Assembly: GCA_016748015.1 (NCBI GenBank) | Contig: JAAOMT010000649.1 | Span: forward strand, 73,266 to 136,897 | DNA length: 63,632 nt | Source of the DNA: Geosiphon pyriformis uo1 | Taxonomy: Eukaryota; Fungi; Glomeromycota | Direction: 5' to 3' | In this document: positions 40,441 to 53,685 of the stretch, in pieces | Layout: each line of letters begins with the position of its first letter | Numbering within the stretch: the first letter of the stretch is position 1 | The notes under the pieces: generated by a model | Told to the model about the DNA's origin: nothing | Seen by the model: the letters and a program-made list of their open reading frames with translations, nothing else | Databases searched by the model: none | Position numbers and translations under genes: made by a program

Positions 40441-42286
40441 ATAATAGATAAAATTTTTGATTTGTAAAAATTTAAAGTTTAAATCAACTTATTTAAGAAT
40501 TTTTTAATAGTAATATTTTTTACTTTTTATTATATAGTTTGAAATTATTTAAACAGATATAATCTGAAGATAAAATAACAAGTATAATAATATTTATAAA
40601 TACTTTTATATTTTTAACATTCTTTTTTTCTAAAGTCTAAGATTTACAAAATTAAATTAATTGTTATATTATTTTTTTTAGTTTTCTATAAAACTATTAA
40701 TATTATATTAAAACAATTTTTTAGTTAATATAACACATATTTATTCTAAATATAAAAACTTATTGTTTAATAAATTATTTAATGCTTTTTGTTTTAAAAA
40801 TAAAATCGAATTTTGAATGTTCTTAGTTATTTTGTTTATTATAGTGCAATTAAATTTCTGAAAAAATTTGGCATTGCTTTTACCAATAGCTTTAAATAGC
40901 ACTAATTTATGCTTTAATTAAAAGAATTTTTATTATTAAAAGCATTTTAATCTTAGAGACTTTGTTTTTATTTGGTTTAAAACTTTTATATTAATTATTA
41001 TTAATAAAAATTTTATAAATAAACTTTAAATATATTATTTTTAGATCTTATTTTATGTTTGTTTAATTTATATTTTTTTAATATAATTAAAATACTCTTA
41101 AATAAAACTGGTTTAGAAATTGTTTTTGTGTATACTAACAAATAAGTAAAAAATTTAGATTTTTGTAATATTATTTACAGTATTATTGCTTATTTTTTAG
41201 ATATTAATCTTAATATAAACATAAATATTTAGAATAAAATGTTTTTAACTTTGGCCAAATTACAAGCAATAGTATCAGTATTAGAATATATTTTTTTTTA
41301 ATTAGATTCCTTAAATATATAAATAGTCATATTAGTAATTAATATTCTCAATTTTTATAATAAATACTAAGTAAAAAAATAATATATCAGTAATATTATT
41401 AGCAATAAAAATTTAAGTATTTAATAACACAAAATAAAAAATTATTTTGGTATTGTTGACAATAATTATACTAATTTTTTGTGTACATTTTTATAGCTTT
41501 ACTTTTATTTTATCATTTAATATTAAAAAAATCTTTTGTGTTTAATAGTAAAATTATTTCTGAAAATGTCTGCTATTTTATAAAAACAGTTTTTAATTCT
41601 GTTTATTTTGTTGATTAAAAAGTTAATTGTATTAAAAAGGTTGTAAATAAATTTTTGGCTCATAATTTAATTTAACAAAATCTGTTTTAGTGTAGTATTT
41701 TAATAAACATTTGAGAAGTGATTTTATTGATTCAAGTTTTGTGTTTTTTAAGATATATTTTATCTAAGTGATTTGATTTATTGAACAAGTTATTAAAAGA
41801 TTGATAAAGTTGTCTATATGGCTATTGTCAAAAGTTTTGTCTTCAAAATTAATTCACTAAATTATTATTGATGTTTAGAAATACTTATGTAGTTGGAAGA
41901 ATATTGTGAACTTTGTTTGTAATTTGGCAATCTGTTATAAATTAAATATAAAACTGAGTATAAAAAAAAACAATCACCATAAATGGCACTGCTTTGTTTA
42001 ACACTATTGGTTTTTCAGTAGCTAAGTGTATATAAAATATGTATAAGATGTAGTTTGTTCAAAGTGCTATGGTTTATTTTGGCTATAAGTCTGTTTTATT
42101 ATTGCTTTCTGCTGATTTTTGGGTGTTTTTTAGTCCTTTGTTTAATATAAAAATTTAGTGTTGTTTTAATTGGTTTGAGTAGCTAATTACGTATAGTAAA
42201 TGCATAAGCCACACTTATTTTAGATTCCAGAGTTGATGTATTGTAATAGATAGTGGTTGAGCTACATTTATTAAAATAAAATAAAA
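40441..42286 (+). mobile_element. Old AT-converted LINE copy, 3' part (resumes exactly where the 5' part was interrupted)
   Basis: LICKNLKFKS (young copy LIRKGLKLKS), VYTNK*VKNL (RNase H), HKIKNYFGIVDN, AIVKSFVFK. The 3' UTR at 42155-42286 aligns with young 40303-40440. Confidence 0.88.
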
Positions 42287-43371
42287 GTCTTTTATAATTT
42301 ACAAAAGCTATATTAACACAAAGATATAATTTATATATTTTGTTTAGTTTATTATTTTTGAAATTTTTGTCTTTAAAAGTTAAATCTATATTTTTTATAC
42401 TTATATAAAAATTTTTTGGTTATATCAAAATTTTTTAATAAATTAAGCTTTTCTTAATTATGAGATACAATTAATTATTTAAGTAGCTCCCAAGAAATAA
42501 ATTAATAAAAAAATTGAGATATATAATTTTAAAATAAAAATCAATTCGCCTAGTTTTATAAATTAATATTCAAGAAAAAAACAGAAAATTAATACTAACC
42601 ATTAAAATTTTTTAACTAAATAATTTTTTATCTTAGTATATAGTGTCTTTTTAAAACTTTATTTCGTTTATGTTAAAAGTACATTTTAGTTGTTGTCTGG
42701 CTTTGTTCACTTTAAATTGGTTATTAAGAACAATATTAAATTGTTTTATATAAATTTTGTATTTTAAAAATTTTAAATACTGTTATCAAGTTTGAGCTTG
42801 TAAAATTGCTTTTTTTATTATACTTAAGATTGGAAAATCTTTTTTAACAATAGTAACAAGATTTTTAATTTTGTTAAAATGATTTTTAATTACTATGTTA
42901 ACCAATTTATTGTGATTAGTTTTTTTTAACTGATCCAAGATTACAAGCCATGGTAATTGCCTTTTATTTTTTCAAGAATACTATTTTCGAGTTTTAATAT
43001 AAATTATTTAAAAATTTAAAGCACCAAATAATAATTCGCGTTAAATTTGGCAAAGAATTTTCTTGAATTAGCCAAAATATTTAATAACTGCTTCTTTTGG
43101 TTGTTTTTTAAAAGTATTGAATTTGTTTTAAAGTTGATAATAAATTTTGGAATCTAAGTTTTTGATACCAAGTTAAGAATGTTTTTCAAAAAGAAGAAAG
43201 TTTTAAAAACTTTTTGCATTATTCCAACTATTGGCTTGTATAGCTTTTTTTTAGTATTTTTAATTTAAGTTTGTGCATTTTTCTTCCAATAAAGTTAATA
43301 AATTTGATAATATAAGATGTGTTTGACCATTTTCAGTTTATATTAGGTTCAGCTTCAGCTTCAGCTAGAAA

Positions 43372-44905
43372 TTAGATGCTAAAATCTCTACCAATAGGAT
43401 AATAATTTTCGCAATTTCCAAATGTCACTCCAAAATAAGGGCCGAAATGAGCTCTTGTTCCTTTACCATCAGTGCCTAAATTGCATCCCTAAAAAAAAGT
43501 CAAATAAATGAGCTATTTTTATCTTTACTTAATAGCACTCTAAAATAATAAATTAAAATAGCTTTCTATATAAAAGCCTTTTTTTAATAAAAATTAAACA
43601 TACTGGATTTTCGCCATATTTTTGTTTATCCTGTTGTGAAAATCCCGGACATTGATAGACAATGCCATAACCTTCACGAACAAGTCTGGAAGCATCAGGA
43701 TCTTCGCAATCACAATTCATGTCTGAAATCCAATACTCAGTCCCAGGGTGCATATATAATTTACCATCGGTTGATTTTTTTGGAAAATGTGGGAAATAGT
43801 CATTAGTATGTGTGATCCTATGGACTTTGAGATTAGGAATTCGGTGGAATCGGGCTGCATACTGAGAATCTCCTGAACGTGGAGAGCCAAAAGTTATAAC
43901 AGTAATATAAACATTTTCATTAAATCCTGGAAGCTTTGTGACAAAAAGGCCGGTTAATTGGGCATAAACTAATATTATGATTAAAATATAAAGTTAAGAC
44001 CACAGTTGTGAAATCACTCTCTTTGTGTTAAAATGAGTGAATAAAAATTTTTAATAATTCCTTACATCCACCAATACCATGTCCAATTAAAAGAACGTTA
44101 ATTAGTTTATTCCCTTCTCTACCAGTTTTTATTATCTTCATAGCTTTTTCTATTCTGCCATTTAAAAATGCGAAACAGTCTTCTGGCCATGATTTCCACC
44201 AATTTGAATCAATTTTGAATATATTTGCTTCAGGATGCAATTTTCCTAGCTTAAACTTGGTATTTTCCATTTGGCTTTTACTCATTTCTGGCCCTAATTA
44301 TTAAGAAAATATGAAATGTTTTTAAAACTAAAGACTTTTCAAATATAAAAAATAAAATCTTTTGTTTAAAAGCCCCCAAGCATTTTAGTAACTTTCCTCT
44401 AATAATTCCAATAATCTTTCGCATATCAATCTCAGCATAAACTCTACCTAATCAAATCATTTTAAATAAGAAATTAATAAAAGATTTGAAAGAAAGTTAT
44501 CTTTTACTTGAAAATCATCTTACCGATGAAGTTTTTACCAATTATATCATCCTTCTCTCTAATACAATAGACCTCATTTGCCATATGCGCCATTTGTTTG
44601 AAATGTCGAAGGGTCCTGTACTCTTTTACCAGTCTTTTAGGCAGTGGCACTTTTCTTGGCTTCTCGAATCCACCACCACTACTTATTAAGAGTAGTTTTC
44701 GTTGATTATCATGTTGAAAGATTATTTCTCGACGCTTAAAGTTTGGCTTCACTTGAAAAAATTCATCATAATATTTTGTTACATTTGTTGTTTTTGACAG
44801 TGGAGCAAGTTTTTTAGCTAATAAGTTTTCTCTTTGATTTTTGAAAGATGAAAAGCAAATGATTGGAAGAGAAAAGAAAAGAAATATCAATACATTTTGT
44901 AGCAT
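43372..44905 (-). CDS. Class-3 lipase-like protein 2 (5 exons; nucleophile Ser replaced by Gly)
   Basis: Signal peptide MLQNVLIFLFFSLPIICFS, MAHMANEVYC, IIRG|PEMS, LLIGHGIGG|intron, ITFGSPRSG, HRITHTNDYFP, HPGTEYWI, last exon GCNLGTDGKGTRAHFGPYF..SI*. One donor site is non-canonical (see findings). Confidence 0.85.
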
Positions 44906-45569
44906 GGTTTTTTTCAAAAAGACCAAGTCTTTGTTGAAGAGGAATTTAAAACTTTAAAGCGGTTTTTTCTCCAATAAGCATTTAATGAAACTAGTATGGA
45001 AATTAAATTTCTATAGCCCAAAACTGAAAATAATTACACAGTATTGACTCTTTATAAAAGATTTGAAACATTAATCGGTTATCTTCGAAATAAATCCTTT
45101 TATTTATTTAGTTATTTATTTATTTATCTTTCTTATCAAATACATGTAATAAGCAGTTTAATAAAATCGCGATAATTGATAAAAACCTTGAAAATAAAAC
45201 ATATATAATGATTTCAAAAGGTTTAAAGACTTTTCTAGCAGTATAAAACTTATCTATAATCATAATTACTTTGTTTTAAAATTCTTAGAGTAGAATATAC
45301 TTATATCTTGTTAGAAAATTACCATTAGAATAAACAGTTAGAGGTTATTTTCCCATTTTTTCTTATTATGAAAAAAAGGAAAATTTAGTAACCATTTTAG
45401 TCTATTTACTTAATCTGAAATCAATATTAAGTGTCAAGACTTTTGAATATCAATGATGCTTGTAGCATATCAATAAATGCATTTATAAAATTGGTTAGTA
45501 AATTTTAATATAATGTAAAAATAAGTGATAAAATGAGAAATTTAAAATAATTGAGTAAAAAACAATAGT

Positions 45570-46220
45570 TTAATTAAAAAATTTACATATTGGTATTTAA
45601 AACTTATACACTTATATTATTTTGTTAATTAATAATTAAATTTAAAAATTTACACATCAATAATTAATAATTAAGATTTTTTACATAATATTTAATTATT
45701 AATAATTCAAAATTAAAATACCAATATTTATTTAAAACTGCACACTATATCTAATTATTATTAATAGCTAATAATTAGATTAATATTTAATTTTTGATAA
45801 TAATAATCCAAAATAATTCAAAATTTGTACATTAATATTTAATTGGTAATAATAATTAAACAGTTAACTCTAAAATTTGTTCACAAATATTTAATCATTA
45901 ATAATAAACAATTTTTAATAGCAAATTTGTACAGAAATATTCAGCTGTTGATAACAGCATATAATTAAATTCAAAATTTGCATATTAATATTTAAGTACT
46001 AATCATAATTAACAATATAATTTAAACTTATATATACTAACATTTATTTACTAAATAATAGTCAAATATTAAATTTAAAATTTACTTGCTAACATTTATT
46101 TTTTAATAAAAATTAATTACTAAATTCAAATATTAAAATTTAACATATGCATATTAATATTTATTAATAATAATTAAGAATTAATTTAGAATTTCAATAT
46201 TAATAATAAATAAATAAAAA
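45570..46220. repeat. Degenerate AT-rich tandem repeat, roughly 50-60 bp period
   Basis: Recurrent aaaattt(a/g)(c/t)acattaatatttaa..taataataattaaa units, about 10 copies by eye. Confidence 0.5.
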
Positions 46221-48008
46221 CTTATTGATTTTTAAATTGTAAATTTTTAAAAAATAATAATAATTAATATAAAATCAATTATTTTATATTTCTTATGAAT
46301 AATAAAAGATATTAATAATAAAAAATATTGTTTAAATGGAAATCTAACATATGTTTAATATCTGTTTTTTTAAGATTATTTAAATTCCTTAAAACTATCA
46401 TTTATTTTAAACTTATTAAATAAGTTTTTTATTAATAAAACCAAATAAAAAATTGGTATTAAATATTATATTCAATTGTGAAACATTATTTAATAAATTC
46501 GTATAGTATAAAAAATAAAAAGTATTTACAAGCAAAATCATAATTTCAATTTATTAACTTGACTGTTAAAATTTCCAATATATAATATGTATATTAAATT
46601 TTATAAATTAAGTTTGAAATCAGAATAAACATTTACAAAAAGTGTATTTAAAAAAAATTACTTGATGCTAAAAATATTAATAAAATTTAGAATTATTATA
46701 CAGAATACTTCCAAAAAATAACATCTTATTTAAATTAAGAAAAAAATTTCAGATTTAATTTATTTTTTACAATTTATATACCAAAATAAAAAATATTTCT
46801 AATTAATGTCTTGTTAATCCTTTGTTTGATTTTTTGCAGTATTAATTAATGCTTTATTTTGTCAAAAATCACATTCTGAAATGAAAACAAGTTAGTTTTT
46901 AGATTTTTAAGGTAAGTAATTGTATTTATTTTTTCCCATTGTTTTTGTGATCACCCACAAAATACCAATGATTATTTTAATTTTTTCACAAAAGACCTCC
47001 AAAATTATTATGGATTTTATATACTTTGAAAGTAAATACTGAACAATAAGCATTAAAATTTTCCAAATTTTTAGTTGTTGTAATTGCTTCCCAATTTCAA
47101 TTGTAAATGTTCTTATTTTTATTTTCTTTGCATCATCTAACATAATATATAAGTATGTATTTCTGAGATATAAATTTTTTTTGCTGCAATATGTGAGTCA
47201 AGTCCATAATTAGAAAGTACATTTGCAATAGTTGACAAACTAAATTTGAGACCCAATTTTGTAGAGTGATACATATCTTTTTTGAAAAATAGTATGTTTT
47301 CAATTTTTCCTGTTATTTGGTAATTGCTAATGAATTAATGGGGTCATGTTCAAGCATTTTTGACAGCATTTATAGGTCCCGTGTATGCCATAATCTTTCA
47401 TTTGTTAATTTCATTTAGCTGTGTACGGATGGGTATCATTTTTTTACTTAACAATATTATAATATTGGAGAGTTGTAAAAAGTAGACAATTGTCAACTTT
47501 ACTTGTCAAAAGAAGTGAGAAAACTTGATATCTTGATTTTTTAAGTGGTTATGCAAAATCGGGCATTACTTTTTGGGACCTTAGCATTGAAATTTAAATT
47601 GCGAATATTAACTGTGACGTATAGATAATCATTTTTATCACACTTCGATTATTTATAATTAATTTTTATCATCATACCAAATTAAATATTCATAACATTT
47701 TGCAAATTCAATTTTTCTTATTAACTTTGTCACATTTACATAAATTACACTCTAAATTTCATTATCAAAGAGATATTTAGTTTTAAAGCGGACCTGAACG
47801 ATTCTTTTGCACAACCAGTTTTTATATTTAAACTTGAATGAAATTTGGTGATATAATACCTATAAAGAAAAAATTCCTTTCCCTCCCAAAGTGCAAAGAC
47901 TTTTTGATATATGATGATCGATCTGTATCACGGAAATCAGATGCAAACGTATAATTGATGCAAATGATAAGCAACATGGGTTTTCAGATCGATTCACTAC
48001 CTTTCAAA

Positions 48009-50387
48009 ATGAGTGAATACGCGAACAACTTTGTCGAATCGGAACAAAATGAAGCGAAAGCTGAAAACTCCAAAGAAGCTGCAAATAAGTTGTTTCAGGG
48101 TTCGTTGGTCTTAAGGTCTTTTTGTGGATTAATTATGGCCTCAAGGAGAAAAATGATAAAACCGTATCCACTTGGAACTTATTAGCGAAAAAGTATGAAG
48201 CTGCAATTGAGAAATATACCGAGGCGATCAAATTTAACCCGAAAATGGCAGCATATTATGCCAACCGTTCTCTAGCTTACATGAAGACGGAAGCTTATGG
48301 TTATGCCGTTGCTGACGCGAACGCAGCTATAGAGGTGGAACCCTCTTACGTGAAGGTAGGGAAGCTAGCAATATATATTGAATAGAATATTTATGATCGA
48401 AGCTCGATCAGATTCTAAACGGAAGAACTCATAAGTTGATCTTTGTAATCATTTCATATATTAGGCATACTATCGACGAGCAGCTGCTAATATGGCAATG
48501 TGTAATTTTAAAGACGCACTTCGAGATTTTCGGATAGTGAGTTTCTTTTGAAACCTTCATCCAACTTCCAATATTAAAAACTCTCACTAACTTGGATACT
48601 TATTGAGGTGTCAAAAAAAGTACCTACAGATAAAGAGGCCAAAGCAAGGATGATCGAATGTGAAAGGATTGTGAGAAAAATAGAATTTGAAAAAGCAATA
48701 CAGGTATTTGCATAAGAAAATGTATGTGCGTATATAATGTTTTTCAATTCCTTTTTTTAATTATTTAAATCCGTTGTCACGATAGGTAGATGCATCAAAA
48801 AAGTGCCTCGTTGATTCTTTAGATATTTCCGCAATGAGTGAGTAGAAAACTTGCAATAACCAACAAAAAAAGATATATTGCTAAATTTTCCCAATGCATT
48901 TATGAAAGATATTGAAGCATCATATGTGGGACCCAGAATGACAGATGCAGGGATCTCGGAAGATTTTATTAAAGCAATGATGGAAGCTTTTAAAAACCAA
49001 AAACTAATTCACAGAGTATATGCATATAAGGTACGAACTTTTTACAATGTCATCTGGGTAGGGTTCACAACATGATTTAATTATCTAACCAATCAAACTA
49101 TTTCAAATTGATTTATTCCAAAAGATCATACAAGCTATAAGAAAGATGATGTTACGAGAATCTTCTTTGGTAGATGTTACAATACCACAGGACAAAACGT
49201 TAACAGTATGTGGAGATGTTCATGGTAGGGTTCTGTATTTGGAGTTCACAAAGATATCAACTTAATATCTTTAGAAGAATCACATGATTAATATCTAACT
49301 TTTGTTGAAATTCTTATCATAGGACAATACTATGATTTTATTCATATATTTGAAATGAATGGACTGCCTTCTGAAAAGAACATGTACTTGTTTAATGGCG
49401 ATTTTGTAGATAGAGGCTCTTTCAGCGTCGAGGTTATTTTGACCTTGTTTGCCTATAAATGGCTGTACCCGAACGCGATCTTTCTAACTCGTGGCAATCA
49501 CGAAACAGATGACATGAATAAGGTGTATGGTTTTGAGGGTGAAGTAAAGGCAAAATATTCCGATACTATGTTCACTCTATTTGCAGAAACTTTTGCTGCT
49601 TTACCGCTGGCCCACTTAGTTGGGCAAAAAATATTGGTTACACATGGAGGACTATTTAGTCGCGATGATGTTACTCTTGACGAAATCAGAAAAATCGATC
49701 GTTTTCAAAGAAAACCTGAATCACAAGGAATTATGTGCGAACTTCTTTGGTCCGGTACGTTGAACAGCGGTTTTTCCGACTCTATTAACATCCAAGTTCA
49801 ATATCTTTTTCATGAATTTCTAGATCCACAAGAAGCACTTGGACGCTCCCCAAGTAAACGAGGTGTTGGTATTCAATTTGGACCTGATATCACTGAAAAT
49901 TTTTTGAAACGAAACAATTTAGGTAAGTCTCGATCAATAATTTAATGATTCCATTGCTGATTTATATGATTCTGATCACTTTCTATATCTTCAAAGATCT
50001 ATTAATAAGGAGTCACGAGGTCAAAGAAAATGGATATTTGATAGAGCATAACGGAAAATGTATAACAGTATTTTCAGCGCCTAACTATTGGTATGTTTTC
50101 GGGTTCATCAACTCGTTTGGATTAATGCACTGCTAACCCGATGATTTGAAATGCCTAGTGACACGATTGGAAACAAGGGGGCATACATAAACATCTCGTC
50201 AGATCTCCAGTTAACATACAAGACATTTGAGGCTGTGGTAAGTTGAATTGTTTATTATTACATTTCAGCTCAACTACCAATAATACCTTTTCCCGATAAT
50301 ATTTCTCACTGGGTTCATATATTTTAGTCTCACCCTAATATACGACCTATGGCGTATGCAAATCAATTTGGTGGTCTTTTTTCTTAA
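48009..50387 (+). CDS. PPT1: Serine/threonine protein phosphatase 5 (TPR + PPP catalytic domain), multi-exon, intact
   Basis: TPRs ([28 protein letters not shown]), PPP motifs VCGDVHG|[19 protein letters not shown]|[25 protein letters not shown], and the PP5-specific C-terminus [18 protein letters not shown]. Canonical GT-AG introns. Confidence 0.97.
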
Positions 50388-52160
50388 CCATTGGTATCTG
50401 ATTTTTCTCTTTCCGTGAAAGAGGTTGTATTTAAATCAAAAATGACATCGTCTTCTAGCGGAGAATAAATTTCCATCTCCTTTAAATAATCGAATGCATT
50501 GAATTTTATACTTTGCATTATTAACTATTCTTTTTTTGCCGGTATCAATCTGAAGCCGCAAAGACTAATCGTAAAATTTCAAAGGTAGCAATCACAGGAT
50601 ATCGGATATTATAAAGGGGATTTGGCTTCATAAACTGATTATCTTACCAACTAATTTATAAGTAATCGAACTGGCAAACCAACTAAACCTCAGGTATAAA
50701 AAACTTTTAGTTGTTAATTAACTAGGTTTACCCGTTTTTGTAATGCCGATTTTATCTACATTTGTTTAATTGACTGCTTAATAATATTTTAACGCATATA
50801 ACAGGATTTTGTAATTTTTAGTTGTAATATTTTTTAAGCAAATAAATCTAAATTATTAATATTTAACAATAAAGCTAAAATTATATTAATAATATTAATT
50901 TCTAATAAAATTTTTCTTTTTTTGTTTTTTCATAATGGTTTAAAGTATTATTTTAAGCAAAAGTATTTTTATTTAGAATATAGATATATTTTTAATATGC
51001 TTGTAAGAGCGTAGTCCAACCAGAATATTTAATCAATTATTTTGTTTGATATTAATTGCTTAATTACAAATTTTTATATAATTAAAAATAAGTTTGTAAA
51101 TTAATTAAAAAATATAAATAACTAATAAATGAAAATGTGAAAAAGTTGTTTAATTAATTAATTGACTGATTAAATTATTAAAATATCGAGACATTTTTTT
51201 GTCTTTGATATTTGATCATATATTTAGCCAATTATATTTGAGAGCATTAATTAATTTTAATATTATTTTTATTATTTTAGCGTAAAAAAAATTTAAAATG
51301 GTCAATTAAAAAACAATTAAATATTATCTTAATTATGAATTGTTTTTTCTATATATATATAAATTCAATAATAATAAAATAAAAGTATTTATTTTAGTGT
51401 GAATAAATTAATATTTAATAATTATTTTTGAGTTTGATGAAATTTTAGTATTTAATTTATTAATTTAAATTTTTTATGATGAAACAATTATCAAGTTTAT
51501 TTAAAAAATCGGAAAATTCTGATTTAAAAGAATACTTATTTTTCCCAAAATTTTGAAAACACTTTAAGTTATTATGAATAAGTATAAATTTCTAGGCTGG
51601 AATGAATTTTTTTTTCGTACTGGCTAAATACAATGACGTGAAAAAACAATAAATTATACAATTCTTTTTTGATTTCTAAATTGATAGTAATGAGAGAAAT
51701 CTTTTTTCTTACAAGTGATTTTGTTTTTAATACAAATATAAAAATTAATTTAATTTAGTGTGCTTTTTATAAAAAAAAAAAATTTTAATTTTTTTGGTGT
51801 TTTATAATGTACACATGAGTAGAGTTTAAATATGTTTTAAAAAACTGACTTGAGTATATTTAAAATTATTTTTAAGCAATTTTGCCTTAATCCTGGGCTG
51901 ATCAAAAATACTGTTTTCATCTTTTAAAGGTGATGAAAGTAAACCTTCTTTTTTAGAATATTATTTTAAAATGTCTATTTTGACTATTCGAATATTGTGA
52001 TTTTATGAGAAATATTTTTTGGGTCTTTTTACCCTTTGTTTGGAAATACTTTGTTTACTGATACCCAACTCATTCTTCAGGGAAGCAGTCTTGAAGTATT
52101 TATGTTTCTATAACCTCTTGGTTATCGAAGTAAATTTTTCATTATTGAATTTACATAAGA

Positions 52161-53685
52161 CTATATTAAAAGCTTTTCATTTTCACAATATCCCATCATA
52201 TATCCGAAATATGGACCAAGACGTTGTACAAGGGGTTTTAAAGAATTTCGTACTGCATCCTGATTACATAACTTTAAAAACACGATATATTAATGAATGA
52301 ATATCGTAAATAATGATTAAATAATCAAATTACCTTCGGCTCATGCATTAACTTTGAAAAATAGTTTCCAAAGCAAACGTAAACTTCATCTGGGATATCA
52401 CAATTGCAAGAAGGATTGATCCAATACTCGTTGGTATGATGAAAAAAGTTGGGAAGTTTCGGGAGCTGTGTTATGTAATCATCAGAATAGGTCACTCGAA
52501 ATACTCTTGAATTTCCAAACTGCTTATTATCAATAAAGTTTTGATCGATTATAGTTTGTGATTCTGATCTCAATTCTGAATTTGATTCATCTAATATTTT
52601 CTTTTCAAGTAAAGAATCGACATATTCAGCGAAGAGTAAGTTTCCGATTCGCGGAGCGCCATAAGTATATACTTCAATTGTGAATGACCTTTTACGCAAA
52701 AAGCTTTCAATCTTTTTATAAATTCGTTTAAAATCCATTGCTCCAAATAAAGCCATGACTGAAAAAATAATTTTTTAATATAATTTTTTATTAAATTCAA
52801 AAAATTAAGGGATTGAAGTTTACCTCAATTTACTCACCACCACTCAAATAATGCCCAACAAAACAAATATCTGTTATTGCCATATTTCCCTTCAATACAT
52901 TAATCATTCGAGCTCTGAAAAGCAATCTTACGTTTAGATAATCTTCAAATAACTTCTTCTCCACCTTCGCATTTCTGACGTGTGGATACCCCATCTGAAA
53001 CTTAAAAAGTTTCCGCCAATGAATTCCTACGCGGCGAAAATAAACAATCAAAGTTGTTTCTTGGGTTTCAAAGCCGACTTCGTGACCGTGAATAATCAAA
53101 CATATATATAATCGGTAATTGATGAGGGTAACCAATAATTGGCTAAAGATTAAACTTTTAACGGTATTATATATTAAAATATAATTTACCAAATATTTGA
53201 TCATCTAATTTTTGCGCAGCATCTTTTAAGCAATATGCCTTATTGGCGTATTCTGCATAGTATTTTATTTTTATAAACTGTGGGCTGTCTGGTGGTAATA
53301 ATACTTTTTTCTGAGTCCTATTTTCATTTCGACCTGAGAAATTAATCCTTCGTAAATTTGAATAGGTATATGATTGTTTTGATACCCTTGAATTTTTGAA
53401 AATTGAATAATTTTGATCCGCTTCGATTGAAATATTTGTTAAATTAGAGATATGGATATTTGACCCAATAATTGAGGATTTCTTTAGATCTTTTTCTAAA
53501 CCAAAATGAATAGTATAATTACTCAAAGTGTAAATATATATTGTAAAAAATGGCAAGAAAATAAGAATGAAGAAAGAAAGTAAAAATTTTATTTGAAGAG
53601 GACAAAAAAAAATTTGAAATATATTTTTAGAAAATTTTGATGAAAAATTGAGAAATGAGAATTTATTATAATCATTTGGGAACAT
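52161..53685 (-). CDS. Class-3 lipase-like protein 3 (TM-anchored; Ser->Tyr, His->Arg); may be decaying
   Basis: N-terminal TM segment, YYAEYANKAYC, LIVYFR, CFVGHYLSG|intron, YTYGAPRIGN, FRVTYSDDYIT, HHTNEYWINPSCNC, last exon ..VQRLGPYFGYMMGYC..*. Confidence 0.8.

Noticed and set aside
46850-47480. Coding-like patch upstream of PP5
   Set aside because: Multiple stops in the frames I read and no identifiable domain.
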